From Phoronis australis (Eukaryota; Animalia; Phoronida): a DNA stretch of 64,000 bases. The first letter of the stretch is position 1, and each line of letters begins with the position of its first letter. Below the pieces are notes generated by a model. The model was not told the origin of the DNA and made no database searches. It saw only the letters and a list, made by a program, of their open reading frames with translations. The stretch spans positions 54,343 to 118,342 of the forward strand of contig NMRA01000590.1 in assembly GCA_002633005.1 (NCBI GenBank), read 5' to 3'. The position numbers and the translations under genes were made by a program. Below are positions 1 through 13,478 of this stretch, in pieces.

Positions 1-243
1 GATGCAGTGTTTTGTGCTTGTGACTCTAAGTCTGTACGTATGACTGCCTGGCACCCTCGATTAGTTGCTGACAAATGTTGAGCTCGTGGTAACTTTCTTT
101 ATCACCTAAATGTGATTATGGCAATGGTATATTTTCAGTGGGCTTGAGCTTTCTGGAATCGTTGCAATTGATTCTGTCTGTGACGACGAAGCCTTGATGT
201 TTGTATCCAGGCCATTCATTACAAAGGTGATGTGAAAGTACTG

Positions 244-460
244 GAGTCTGTTCCAAGAAATTGACAAGATCATTTTTGACTTAAGTCTATGAGATTTGTC
301 TTTAACTTCCAAACTTTGAAACTTCCAATTTTGATAAGTTAAGACAAAACTTATGTCAAACACTTTCTTGAATTGGTTTTGAGACAAATTCAACTTTATT
401 TTAAAATTGACTAAAAGTTGAAAATTGTCTTAGCTAAGTCAGTTCTGTTGGAACAGGCCC
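244..460. mobile_element. Non-autonomous MITE, PIF/Harbinger-like
   Basis: Imperfect TIRs (GAGTCTGTTCCAAGAAATTGAC at left; GTCAGTTCTGTTGGAACAGGCCC at right). 3-bp direct repeat CTG at 241-243 and 461-463. No coding capacity. Confidence 0.65.
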
Positions 461-2028
461 CTGATATTTAAAATTTGAGAGAATTAGTCAGTGCTCATGA
501 ATTATCTTGGCAACAAACTATTTAGTGTTCTAACTGATGATTGAATTGTGAAATGTTTTGTGCATATATTTTGCGTGGTATATTCCAATAAAATGGATTT
601 TTCTACATGAATTGTCTGGTATGGTCAGGAATGGTGTGCACAGGTTTCTCTTTTGAGCATGACTGATTTTTGCATACTCTGTTTACATGCACTGTATATA
701 TTTGTGATTTGCAAAGATGTAACTAAAAGTAAATACATCAAAAAGGAGATGGGCAGCAGTTTTGGTGACCCTTTTGAATAATAACCACCTATTAGGTATG
801 GTTTTATAGGTCATCGTGTAACTACTCTTGTCATATTTGTGTTTTTAATGTGATACATTGGTATTCCCAACTTATTTGAATATAGTGTGGGCAGAGTTGA
901 ATTCACTGATTGCATTTGCACATACATGTCTTTGCACTGAATTAGACATTTTTTTTCTTTTTTGAAGTTGATTGCTGTATAATTTAAAAGTTTATATTCA
1001 AAGGCAACGTTGGGATTTTGAGGAGTTTTTATCAGTAGCATAGACAATGCATGAAATTTGTGACATCAAGTCATAAGTGTGTGTTCTGGATAGAATTTCC
1101 TAAGTCTGTTTTCTGAGTTCTAAATATAGAGACCATGCGGTACATGGATTGTTTTTTTTATCATAGCTTAATCGTGGTTAGGCGATATGTGGTGAAATCC
1201 AATAAGTACGGACTGAACAATGCTTTAAAAGAGAAACACTCGAACATTTTTGACTCTCTATATTACAGGCTATTGATTGATGTTTCTGAGGACCTAGCAT
1301 GCGATGACCTGGACGATAACTGTAAGTGCAACATAACCATTGTGTACACATTTAAATTATGAGTTATCCAATTTTTATTTTTTTTTTTAGTATTTTTATT
1401 TTCTCTAGCATTGGTATTTACAATTTACACGACACAATAAACAATACAGTATACAAGTACATTAGTTGCAACAAATTATCGTCAAGTATCACCATTTGGT
1501 ATACAGAACATAAATACAGATATGTAAGAAAAAAATCAAGCCATTCTCATCCTTAACATACACGCCACACGCACCCGCCCCCCCCAACTTACTCTCAGTA
1601 GGATGTTGTCAGGCAAAAGTTATGGTTAACCAGTTTATCCAATTTTTAATAAAAATACATCATTATTGTTCAGTGCTGACAAATGTTAATGTATTTATTG
1701 AAGTGTATCTTCTACTGACGATTGGTCATAATAGCTCAGTGCATGGACAGCAATGAATCTAAGGTTGGAAGCCCTGACAGGACAGAAATCCTTTCACAGT
1801 ACTAACCAGTAGGTCCTGCAAAATGACCAAAGAAGGCATCGTAAGGCGTCATCTAACGCTATATGTATAAAACATTTGAATTCTGAACGAACTGTAATTA
1901 ACTGTTCTCCAGTGCACATAATGCGAGCCCTGTTACTTAGTAGTTCTTCAAGTGCGTTACGGGAGCTAGGTGTTGTGTCGGTTTTGAAATTCTAAAGGGC
2001 AAGATCATCACGCTTTCTCTTGTTGCAG

Positions 2029-2245
2029 TCCAGAAAGTATCCTTGATGATGTGGATATTAGCGATGTTGGATTTGGAGATGAAGAGTTTGGTGGGGAGGA
2101 AGTTGCAGGAGATAGCATCAATATGTACCGCTATGGCGACTATGATGACACGTTGTCTACAGGTTTCAGTGGTGTCCACAGAATTCATGATGCAGCTGGT
2201 GCACACTCAGCTGTGGACGATAGCAAATTTATTGTTTTTATGACA
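2029..2245 (+). pseudogene. Exon-like remnant, possibly the N-terminal part of a Kolobok-type transposase
   Basis: Good acceptor (ctttctcttgttgcag|), then an acidic open frame ending ...AVDDSKFIVFMT. This resembles DKFIVDLSKVLELF in the THAP ORF at 53084. Similarity stops at about 2245. A small GT-AG-bounded segment at about 1270-1321 may belong to the same remnant. Confidence 0.3.
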
Positions 2246-4450
2246 CCCTCCTTTCCCTTTCAAATATCATCAGCGTGTCTTGCAAAGAATGAGTGATGTT
2301 CGGATTTCTTCTTTTAAATGTTCAACACTCTCTTTCTACCTTCTTCTCCGAAAGGTGTCGCACTTGCTCATCTGGTCATTGCATTTACTCTTCTCTGAAA
2401 ATTAGGAGATTTTTCACTAATTATGGAAAGGAGATATTTATCCCGTCTTGTATTCTTATAATTCACTTAGCTACAAGCTCAGCTCACTACTAGAAAAAAC
2501 TGGAACTTTATTCAAAAGTTGATGTCACATCTTATTTTGGATCATTAGACAAATGATAACCACATGAAAATCTGTGTAAAATGTAATAGCTCCTTATTTC
2601 TTCAAGATGTAAAATGAAACAGAAGGTTAAATATTGGATATTCTATATATTTACAAGTCATAAATTATTCTCTGAACTATAATATTTGAGTTGTTTTTTC
2701 ACGTGTTTGTTATTCATGATAAAGTACCTGTACGTCATCTTGATAAGATGCATAACCTTGCAGATCACGATGAGCTGGGGTCACTGAAGCTGGACCTGGA
2801 GTAGCTGTAGCGACTGACTTCCATTTCCTTCCTCTACCTCCTGTTACACTTTCACCTCTCCTTGTTTTCATGGCTCTCCCACCTATCCTACGGAAATAAA
2901 CAGGCCTTTTAAATTTCATATAGTCTCAAAGTTCATTAAAAGCCATGCCAAACATTGGGAGTAATTTCCAAACCAAATGCTTCAAACAGGACTGGTAATG
3001 TGTGAAAAAATTCTGTTTCTGAGAGCATTCCATTAGTGAGTTCTCGATGTGTTCTAATATTTTGATGCAATGGTAGACTGAACACTGGTTCGAGTTCATC
3101 ACTTTATTAATCTTGACTGTATGCTCATATTAAGTCCATTCAAACAAAACGTACAACATAATGTCTGTTCTATGCTCAGCCAGTGCGACAAAGCCTTAAC
3201 TTTCAGTACCTCCTACAATTGCTGGTGAAATAACATGCTACTGTTGACAGTTCTTTGTTCTCTAGCCACAGGTGAAGTGTTAGACAAGTTCTGTGCAATT
3301 GAAACTGTGTAACGGCTGATGTTGTAGCCAATGAATAATGTTATGAACTATGAAAGTACCGAGATGTTCTATTATTTTCTCCTCTGGAATGATACTTAAA
3401 TGCTCCATGGACAGTAGAAATAAAATTATTTTCAATTAATGTTGCTGCAATTTCTGATGTTTTTAGTGGGACAAATTTGCTGGAAGTGCAATTTATCATT
3501 CCATTTGTCCAAAGGTGTGTAGATTGATTCTGTCTTTTTATTTCTAAACACAGTTATGTTGCTCAAGTGGAATGACCTCTTATTTCGTGCACTAAGTAAC
3601 TTTGTATCCTTCCATGAGTCCACACATCATTGATGTTTCATTGTAGTCAGATGTAAAAGTGGAGGTCAGCTCAATAAAATAGAAGTTGATTGCAAACCAC
3701 AGATTTGTGCAAATCCCTAAATTGCTAAGGGCTTGTAGTTACAGTCAGTGAAAATGTGTAACATACTTTGAAAAAAAGCAAAATTATTTGGATCATGATG
3801 ATGCTCGATAAAATAAAACTTTTTGAATGCTGTTGTGACTTAATGTTCATTATGATGCATATTGCAAACTATTACTGGGTGAACAATTAGGTCAATATAT
3901 TGACCACCAGTCCTTGGAACATATGTGTCTGTGACTTATCATCATCACATCTTTCCATGTAATGACAATGTAAATTATCAGATGATTGGAGTTTACAGCT
4001 TTTGAGATATTAGGAGATACACTGTGTTTTAGGTTCAAAAAGATACCAAAATTTAGCATTAGAAAGTTAATCTTCCCAATTTTAAAGTTTTATTTAAAAA
4101 TTCGCTGTGAAGCACCTTGCAATTGGTTAGAATTACTGTAATAAAAGTGTGATTACTAAGGCATAATTTTAATATAATTACTAAGTTGGTCAAGTCATTG
4201 CACTTGGCCATTTGAACCCTAAAATGCATTGACTACATGTACTTTGGGCCAATTGGGTGCATTTGGCTCCAGAATTCAAGAAAACCATGGGCCAGAATTT
4301 TTGGGGGATTTTTTGATCGGTAAACTTGACAAGAAAGTTCAATGAAGGTTTTCAGACAAATTCAAATTACATTTTTCTCCACCACTAACAGCTGAGAATT
4401 TAGCTAACTGCACTTGCACTACTCGGCCACTTACTGAACGGTGAATACGC

Positions 4451-4665
4451 CAGTGGCGGATCTAGGATACCACAAGGGGGGCCCAACATGACACCTCGGA
4501 GAAATGCGCAAAGCTCGATTGTATGCACAGGTGGCTCGAATGTTGTGGGGGTTGGCGATACGGACCTGGTGTTCCGGAATTCTACCGTTGGGCTCGATAT
4601 TTTCTCACGCTTCATGCTGTTGCTGTGTAATTTTTGCTTGCACCAGTCATGGGGGGGCCCTTGGC
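4451..4665. mobile_element. Probable truncated MITE (hAT-like terminus)
   Basis: Starts CAGTGGCGGATCTAGG with GGGGGGCCC motifs near both ends. No clear right TIR or TSD found. Confidence 0.3.
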
Positions 4666-7080
4666 CAGTACGCAAGCATCACGTAGTAACAATTACGACA
4701 ATCACCCCAAATACATTTTAGTTATAAATCCTACGTACAGTCACGATGCATTGAAATGCTTTTAGCAAAATTTTATTGTTCATGTTTACTATAGATTATA
4801 CACAACATAGTCTAAGATGTTGACCGTACGCCGATCGGTGAGCCAGACTATTTTCATTCATTAAACGATAAGACATGAATAGAACGTTTTCCGTTTGAAA
4901 TGCACATAAATGAAAAACTGGGCAAAAAGTATATTAGATCATACTTGGGAGAGCATAGAAACCAAATAAATCGATAACTTACTTCAGAAATGGAACTTCT
5001 TCCAGTCAATCGTGGTGTCGATGTGCTTTCGAAACCAGCCATCACTGTTTTGCTTTCGGCGACCTTTCACCTGTCTGAGGTCATCAGGCCATTTCCAAAT
5101 AAGGCACCGCAATGCATTTTGGGACTGTAATGTCGGACTTGACGAGCACGAAGGCGTGTCTTTTTGGTCAACTTTCAAACGTAAAGAAAAATACTCCAAA
5201 CTCATCTAAAACTCACTATATTTACGAAACCTACAACAAAAAACTTGTACGCCTCGATATGATACAGGTTTCATGTAAGATGAGTAACATTTACCTTCTT
5301 ATTGTATACTATTTTTCATGTCCCAAGCCACTTTAAGATTGCTAGGCAATTAAAGAGGAAACAGGGAAATAAAAATATTCATACCAAAGTCAATGTTATT
5401 TTATATACCTCTTGCTTAGTTGTCAGGGTAAACATTCAGGAATGAAAAAACGGGACAACTAAATTGAAAAAAGAAATTCCTGATAAAAACCGGGACATCT
5501 GGGTCACAGCCAAAAAGCATGGGTGAAATGCTCGAAGTGGCGTACAAAAAAGGCCCCCACAGAGTTTTTTGACGAACAGCTGCCACAATACTCAAAAGTA
5601 AACCACGGCGTTTTGTTCATTTTCTCAATGAACTGGAAAATTGTGGGTGCCAAAAATCCAAAAAACGTTCTGTTTTTTGTTGGACAGGAAAATAGGACCA
5701 TGTCGCCTTGGAAAAAATGGTATTCTATGACATGTCAACATCGCCTTGTGTCATCAAGGGGGTATTACGGTGGTGCGGCAGGATCGCAGGAAAAACTTAA
5801 AAAACAGGACCTTCCGTCAAAACCGTGACAATTCGCAACCGCACACAGATACACACTTAGTGAGTATTTTTTCGCAAGTTACGTAAACACACCTGTTAGC
5901 TGGGCTTAATTTTTCATTTATTACTGCACTCAGAGGCCAAACATCACTTCTTTCTGTGAAATCTAGTTACGTGATTTTAACGCCCACGAAATCTTTTGCT
6001 AAAAATTCCTGGCATATGCAGTGAAGTTGTCGAATAAAATTTTAAGACTAAAGTTGAAAAGATATCACTGAGAAGCTAGACAGTTCCTGGAATCCAACCG
6101 GGTCGCAAGTCGTTGCGTGTAAAGATTGGCCATTGCAGTTGTCGAGTTTTTTGACTAATTTCGGCGAGAAATCGGTGGTTGTCTGTAACTCAACAATGTC
6201 GCTTGGTGGATAAAAATGACAAAACAAAAATAAACCAATGAATTAGGCTCGATTTGATAACTGCATTACTCAACCAAAACTCAGACGAACAGACAATCGG
6301 AAATTCACAATGCAAACTCCCTCGGGTCGTTGCATGCTCTAATAAAAAATACAAGGGCCACCTGTATGAGTTGGTATTTTGGGGATAGAGTTCTATGCTC
6401 TGATCTTGCCTAATTTTGCCAAAAGGCATGTCTAGTCTCTTCTGTCAGAGGACATAGCATTATCTGAATATAGGTGTAGGAGAATTTCTCCCCCTTCTTG
6501 GTCGCCATCAATGCCAATTACCTCCCATCGTCGCCAGTTTGGTTCCGATCACCACTAAATTCCCTGCTCGCCAACAATTTCCCACCCAAGTCGCCACCTT
6601 TCCCATCCTCCATTCTACTTCCTAACTCCCATATTTTCATTTTATGCTCCGCTGTCCGCATTATTATTTCCTCGTTTTCCTTGAATTTTTCTTATTTTTC
6701 CGATTCTTGCGGTCCATTGCTCCTAGACCCTCGACAAATTTGCATTAATACCTAGCAAAATGTCCAGATTTTGGGGTGGGAAACCGTATCTCAAAAACCG
6801 CTGTTCGGTTTTATATGAAGCTTTAATTAAATACTCTCTAGAAAGCTACTAGGAATTGGTTTTAGAATATTCCACGTTTTCAAGTCTTTTTTGAAAATAG
6901 GACTTTTATAACCTCCAAGAAAAACTAAAAACTTACATAAAACGAAAGGAAAATTTCATTAAAAAAATTGTACCAGCGTTCTTTAGATTAAATCTTCCCT
7001 CGTTTTTGTTCCAACTAATTCTAATCTAAATAGGTGAAGAACAATTGTTCACTAACTTTATATGAACATGTATATCTTAC

Positions 7081-7338
7081 TCGTTCTCAACCTCTTAGGT
7101 TCTGTTGATTCCGATTCAAACGTAGCCTTGAATGTCGTAACGACAACAAAGTAATTTGTTCCAGGAGTCAAATTCGTAATGTCTGTCTTATCAGTTCCGT
7201 TATCGACGACCTTTACTAATATCGTTGGACCGGAGCACGTGATGTTGTAGCCGTCTCTGTTCCCTTGTGCGTGCGACCACGTAACACTCACGTCTGTCGA
7301 TCGACCAATAAGGTCCACATTCGTTACCGTCGAAAGAC
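7081..7338 (-). CDS. FN3-domain exon (258 nt, phase 1-1)
   Basis: ttttgtAG| ... |GTAAGA. Translation LSTVTNV...VSVTWSHAQGNRDGYNITC...NLTPGTNYFVVVTT has the FN3 W, Y and L.PG..Y signature. Confidence 0.85.
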
Positions 7339-7848
7339 CTACAAAATGTTTCGTTGATATCAATTCACAAAGAACTGTTTTAAAAGAGGTTGAACGGAAA
7401 TATGGCGTAAAAATTGGATATTGAAACTGGAGGTGACTAGACAGACAATTTGTTAGAAAATAATAGCGCCAATTCTTGTACGTGCCTGCTGCTAATTATT
7501 CTGTTTCAAAGTACATGCCAGATTCTGGCTAATTAAAAGTACATAAATGTAATGAGTGTGTGATATAATAGATCTTTATACTGATGAAAATAGTTAAGAA
7601 AGATTCGCTAGTTATGTAAACACTCATACTTTAGGTTTGACTTGTCGTAATTGTTTTGATTGCTAACATGTTTGTGTGATTGGTTACAACGGCAACACGC
7701 ACGTCCCTTCGGGGCAATGCTGTGGAGAAAATGCACGAAAACCAAAGTCTATCTGAAATATTGACATGAACTAAGTACAAAGCAAGCGATTGCATGAGCA
7801 GTAGTTAACAACGTCTACGAAAATCAGCTCAAGTGCATGAGAACATAC

Positions 7849-8112
7849 GAGTCTTTATCGAACGCGATGTGCTCGATACGTCTCTAAAACCCGTCAGTTG
7901 AGTAGCAACCACCACTCGGTACAGAGATCCTGGTACAAGGCCCGTGCACTTGCCACTGGTTAAATCTTTTGCGATTGCGAAGCTGTGGTTCCGCCCGTTT
8001 GGGCCACTACACGACAACTCATAAGAATCAAAGTTACCCTCTGCTGCCGTCCACGTCACCTGTATTGTAGTTGGTTGTGAAGAGCTCTGTGTGAAGCTGA
8101 CTTGGTGGAGCT
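7849..8112 (-). CDS. FN3-domain exon (264 nt, phase 1-1)
   Basis: aattgtAG| ... |GTATGT. IQVTWTAAEGNFDSYELSC...GKCTGLVPGSLYRVVV. Confidence 0.85.
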
Positions 8113-9014
8113 CTACAATTGCATTGTATACAAGGTGTACTGTATGAACAGGTGAGAAGTACATGAAGTAGAACGTTTTGTCTGAAGGACAAAGGTATTC
8201 AAAGTGAAGCAAACGGCAAGCAAGTTGTTTTTCCGAGACTAACCCACGAGGGGAAATTGCAGTTTGACGCTTTGCCAGCGTAATTAAACCGCAGTGTTGT
8301 AAGTGAAATCATTTGCTATTATTCCGGTTTTAGACAAACGTGAAGTGCAAAAAGCGGGGACAAATAACAAAATACGACGGTTTCATAGTTCTAGAAAGAG
8401 GTAATCAATATAGATTGTTACATGGCGATGTCGTTATCCCCCGTTATCTAGAGCCCGAGTGGATTTTGGAGAATTATCGTCCGATACCAAACATTGCAAT
8501 GAATCGATCTACCTTTCTCGACTCGCCACGGCTTTGTAACTACTTTCTATGTGATAGGCCAGGGGTCGGAGGTCGTGACCTTTTAAGGAAAGCCGAGCTA
8601 TTTTTTTCAAATAAACTTTTACTCAAAACCAATTGAAAAATAAAACAAAGTAGAAATAATTAAAGTGAATCTATAAATTAAGGTTTAGCAACTATTATAG
8701 CTTACTACACATTTTATCACGCTAAGGTTCGACCGGAAAATATCGTCTGCTAAAGTTGGTTACCACTAGTAGCTGACTATAATGCTCAAGTCAAAGGATC
8801 CCGACGACACGATGCCCGCATTCAAGTTGGAGATCGGTGATTTACAAGTGAGTAAACACGAGAGAAAAATTTCACTGAATTAAAATATCGTTTTTATGGA
8901 AATTATGCGTCTTATTTTTTATAGCGGATGAATGTCGGTGCAATGCCCTTTGCTGGACATGCGACTGTTGCGCGTGCACATTTAAGTATTCTAGTTTCAC
9001 GTTCGATGACGTCA

Positions 9015-9086
9015 GCCGCTGATTGGTGTAGTGCTAAAGTCGGCGACTCGAAACTCTTGAGGCCCGGGTTCGAATCCGGCCTCGGT
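9015..9086 (+). other. tRNA-derived sequence (pseudo-tRNA or SINE head, Ser-CGA-like loop)
   Basis: A-box TGGTGTAGTGC, B-box GGTTCGAATCC, loop CT-CGA-AA. Acceptor stem (GCCGCTG/CCTCGGT) and anticodon stem pair poorly, so it is unlikely to be a functional tRNA. Confidence 0.6.
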
Positions 9087-9751
9087 TTCCCGCCAAAACG
9101 TTATCTCACTAGCTTTAACTTTATGGGTTATTACGCGGTTGTATCTCCCACTCGAGGGTAATATTGTGGTTTAAACAAGTTAATCCAATTAAAGAATGTT
9201 AAAAAATCCATAAAGCGGCTTTCTGTGGATTAAATACTTGTAAATTCTGCCACCACTGAGGAAGAGTTTTAGAACACTGACGATAACGTACTGTCTCGAG
9301 TCATTTACCAAACTAAAGATTACTGCTAGAAAATTGAGAGGGCATTGGACAAATCAACGGTGTTCAAGAAATCAATTGCTCCAACGCCTGTTCATTCGTC
9401 CTGGAAAACCTACAATCTTAACGGGATTTTGAGCACCGTTCTATAACATATTCCTGCAAGCATAGGGATTATTTTTGTCGAATAACATCAACTAATATCA
9501 ACTTAAATTCAAACTACACGAGGTCATCCTAAGTTTCATGGTCAATTCCTTTCTGCATCTCTTTAAGTCTCAAGTAAACCCCCTTCTATTTCGGCCCAGT
9601 TTACACGTGTATCTTCCAAAACCTCAAGAATGAAATTGAAGGCAGCGAACAACGTGTTACAATACTATTTGCGAATGAGAAACAATTTAATTAAAACAGT
9701 TTTTTGATGATGACCATAACCAGGTAATCAAGAATACTGCAAATGATTTAC

Positions 9752-10018
9752 TCGTTTTTTGGTATATCAAGTTGGATGGACGCAAAGTAAACGTTTTTTT
9801 CTTAGTAGCCACAATGGCAAAGTAGGTGGATCCCGGTGTAAGACCTCGACACGTCCCGGTGAGCTGTGAAGACGGCACTGAGACAATGATTGGGAAGTGA
9901 CTCCCGGTTACACAAGTTAGCTCATAATTGTCTTTTTCTCCATCTGCTTCTTTCCAAGTGACAGTGATTTCCGTAGCAGAGCTCTCTGTGACGCTCAGAT
10001 TACTGACAATCCCAAGGA
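9752..10018 (-). CDS. FN3-domain exon (267 nt, phase 1-1)
   Basis: tttttgtAG| ... |GTAAAT. ITVTWKEADGEKDNYELTC...GTCRGLTPGSTYFAIV. Confidence 0.85.
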
Positions 10019-11129
10019 CTACAAAAAAAGAACAACGCAATTCGCTGATAAAAGCCCACAAGGAACTGCAGACGGTATGCTTCTATTGCTGCTTATCAGC
10101 TTCAGATTCGATACAAGACAACAATCCTAACCTAGGGATAGCTGTTAGAGCAAGAACTGACATGGAAGTGCTGGTAACTTAACAAATAACGCAACATTAA
10201 TTCAAAAGTCTAGATCTGTTTATTTTCATGGAAGTCCGTTGAGGAACTTCGAAGATTCAGAGACAAAAGTAAGCATAAATTTGCAGTAAGATACACATTG
10301 GATCCACACCAAGAAAGTCATCTGTTGTAGCCTGTGCAGAAATACGCTTGCCAAAGTATTGTACATCTACACTGGTCCGAAACTCGTCTTCACCCGTCAT
10401 TAAATTTTTAGGGACACAACAACCTCTTGCAAAGTGTTACAATTATGTAGCATCTATAGAAAAATTACAAATTTGATTGATTTGAGAATGACGTGCCTTA
10501 AAATGTCTGACTGAATTCAGTTGAAACTCTTTGATATCCTTTTTCTGAAAAGCCGTAGCTTTTAAAAATAATTCTATATGATTTTCATAAAAATATTGAA
10601 GTTAATGACTATACATAAAACAAAAGCGAAATGACATATTAGAAAATTGGAACATCGTTTTCAATATCCAACTAAATAGTCTATGCCAGAAAACATAGTA
10701 TACACTTTGGGTGGCTCCGACAAAAGTCCTCACGAGGATCTGTGACCAGTAAGAGGAACCGTTGGTACAAGTAGAAGATACTGGCTGCAAGTGTTGCGTC
10801 ACAAACAACTGTGTCGCAGTATAGTGTGTGTTAGTTGTCATCCTACATGTACAATCGAGTCCTACAGCTTGGATAGCAGATGAGACGTTTGATTAAATAT
10901 AGTTTATTGACTGGAGTAATCCTTACAGAGGCTGTTAGCATAGTTACTGTTCTTCATTGCTGGTGTACTTAATTAACAAAAGGTTTCACTTGTTTTAATT
11001 TGTGGCTATCATACAATGAAATAATGACTAGTGGATTTAATTATTCGCTCTCCATCCCCGCACAATTTCAAAGCATAGTTACGTTGTAAACAACCCCACA
11101 GTCAACTTCTGACACCCCTATATCCGGGA

Positions 11130-11380
11130 ATACGTCCATATACATGTAAGATGGTTGTGAATGCACTTTATTGTCCAGTCTTCATTGTAAACATATTAGA
11201 ATGGTAAGTTTGCACCAGGAAAGAATACATTTCACAAGTTATACCTTACCGTTAGGTTATGAACAGTTATTTACTGACACGATGTAACTGGTAATATCTC
11301 CTTCATTTTGATGTTAAGTCCAGGCAGTATCATGACCTTAATGCTATCAGTTTGTGTGGACACAGAATCCTGTGTGTGCC
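11130..11380 (-). pseudogene. Decayed FN3 pseudo-exon
   Basis: Fragments in shifting frames follow FN3 order: TQTDSIKV, WT*HQNEGDITSYIVS, L/PGAN/YHSNMFTMKTG. Several stops and frameshifts. Confidence 0.45.
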
Positions 11381-12566
11381 TACTTTTTAGAATAAATATA
11401 ATTCAAAGCTTCGCTGCATGGTCTCAAGTTCGTTTTGAAAATTCTATTGTAGCCAGGCCATTTCAAACTAACCGACAACGTAAGTTACCCAGATTAATAC
11501 CTTGAGTGTCTTTTAAAGTATTAATAAATAACTCATAATTATATAAATACCGTCATACCCAGGATGATCAGAACAAATATTTTACGGAAGAATAAATTAC
11601 CCAGGTCTTTATACATGTACATGTATTTACTAGATTGTGTTTTTTGAAATACTCAAGCTTTTCCACATATAGGGACCGAGATCTCACTAACTTCCACCTA
11701 TATAAATATTTTAATTTGTCCTCTTCGATACAAATTTGAAATCATTCATTTTAAAGTTTTATAGAATCCAATTAAACAAAAATACGACTGTCTTTCAAAC
11801 TTTTCAAGGAATGATGAAGTGTTCATTCTCTGCTGACCTAAATTTACCGCTCTGCTTAGTCAATCATGGCTTTTCTGCCTCAATGTAAGCCTTACAAACT
11901 CAGATTTACGTTATGAGTACAAGTAAGTTAAACGTGTCCATGTGACCATACCGAGTTTTAATAACTTGATGCTTGCAAGGTGGATAGCTACGGAGACATT
12001 GCTTCTCTCCTTGTATTGGCTAAGCGCCCTGAAAGTCCCACTTGACACCACCTGTCGCCAACGACTGTGGTTGTACTTGTATCGTATAGTAGCATATTGA
12101 TTATATCAGCCACTAAACCATCACTTTAGTTTATTTTGTCGTCATGATGGGACTCGTCATCTTATTTGTCACTTTGACCTCAATAATCAATTTTCGTGTT
12201 TCTTGGATTTACGCAATGAAAGTTACAATGTATATTTCGGAAAAAAGTTCACACTTAGTTCAAAAAGTGAACTATTCGGCTAAAATTTTGTCGTAACTGA
12301 AGTATACTACAATGCATTAGTGGCCAAGGTGGAAGTCAAAGACCAGAAATTCTGCGAGACACCGCCAATGTCGTGCCACCCCATGGTCGACACCACGTTC
12401 ACCTCTTCACACTATTCGTTCACTCCCTCCCCCTAGTCGTGCGCCAGTTGTAGATACTGCTGCTGCCGTCAATCTGCTTAGAAGGTAAAACAAAACACGC
12501 ATTCAAAACATGAAAGGGTACCTTTACATAAGAAGAGCAATTGTCTGACAAGACCTTATACCCTAC

Positions 12567-12821
12567 CTGTTTGGACCTGTATAGCGTGGCTGGTGACAGA
12601 AGAATGTCCTAACTTGCTGGAAGTAACAGAGACATCGTACTCCGTCCCAGAAACAAGGCCTCTGCACTCTCCGTAGTTTGTTGGGTACACAACTTCAACT
12701 GATATCCGGTTACCACAACGTAGCGTGTAACGATCCACTATCCCACCAGGTTCAGTCCAATTTGCGTATACCGCAGTAGATGTGACACGAACAGCAGTGA
12801 TGTCTTCCACTTTAGCTAGAT
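12567..12821 (-). CDS. FN3-domain exon (255 nt, phase 1-1)
   Basis: atttggcAG| ... |GTAGGG. VYANWTEPGGIVDRYTLRC...GECRGLVSGTEYDVSV. Confidence 0.85.
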
Positions 12822-13313
12822 CTGCCAAATATATCATTTCGTACAACTTTGCACCATACTAAACGCAGTCCTTGCAATTGCTAATCGTCGCTGTGTAACA
12901 AACGGGCGACTGCCCAAATCCTTAAAATTAGCAAAGTGGCGGCTTTTAGAGCAAACCAACGGGCTTCTTGGAAAAATGACTCATTTCATAGCAAGAATGT
13001 GTAAGTTTGAGAATATCTGCAATGCACTCATTCTTCCATACAGGAGTTCTGCGGTCGTCACTATGGAATGCACATACGAATGTTTACAGCGATAATTACA
13101 AGGTCTACCCATATGCTGACCTCTTTTATTACACACAATGTGTGACTGGGCATAGCTTTTTCAAAATAATGTGGATAAATCAGTGGAATGTAAGACCCCT
13201 GAGGTCCCTGTCAATTCCTCACGGCAATTTTACGTTATGGCCTAAACGAACGATAGCATTCTAACCGACTATTCTAAAATACAGACATAGGGCCATTTCG
13301 TTCATTGTCTCAC

Positions 13314-13478
13314 CGGTTCTGATCATTACCGGCGAACTGGTGGCGTTTTCAAAACCATCAATTCTGCTTCCGACCTTTACGCTGTAATGTGTCCCGGGTG
13401 TAAGCCCACTGCACACGCCCGCCCGCACATTGGCTGAATACTTATGCTCTCTCCCCTTGCCGCCAAATTAACACGTTA
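13314..13478 (-). pseudogene. 3' half of an FN3 exon disrupted by an Academ-like insertion; in-frame stop
   Basis: TC*FGGKGREHKYSANVRAGVCSGLTPGTHYSVKVGSRIDGFENATSSPVMIRT followed by |GTGAG. TAA at 13470-13468. Confidence 0.85.

Noticed and set aside
6498-6755. Pyrimidine-rich ORF as a possible TM exon of the FN3 gene
   Set aside because: Wrong strand. The minus-strand reading is hydrophilic with stops.
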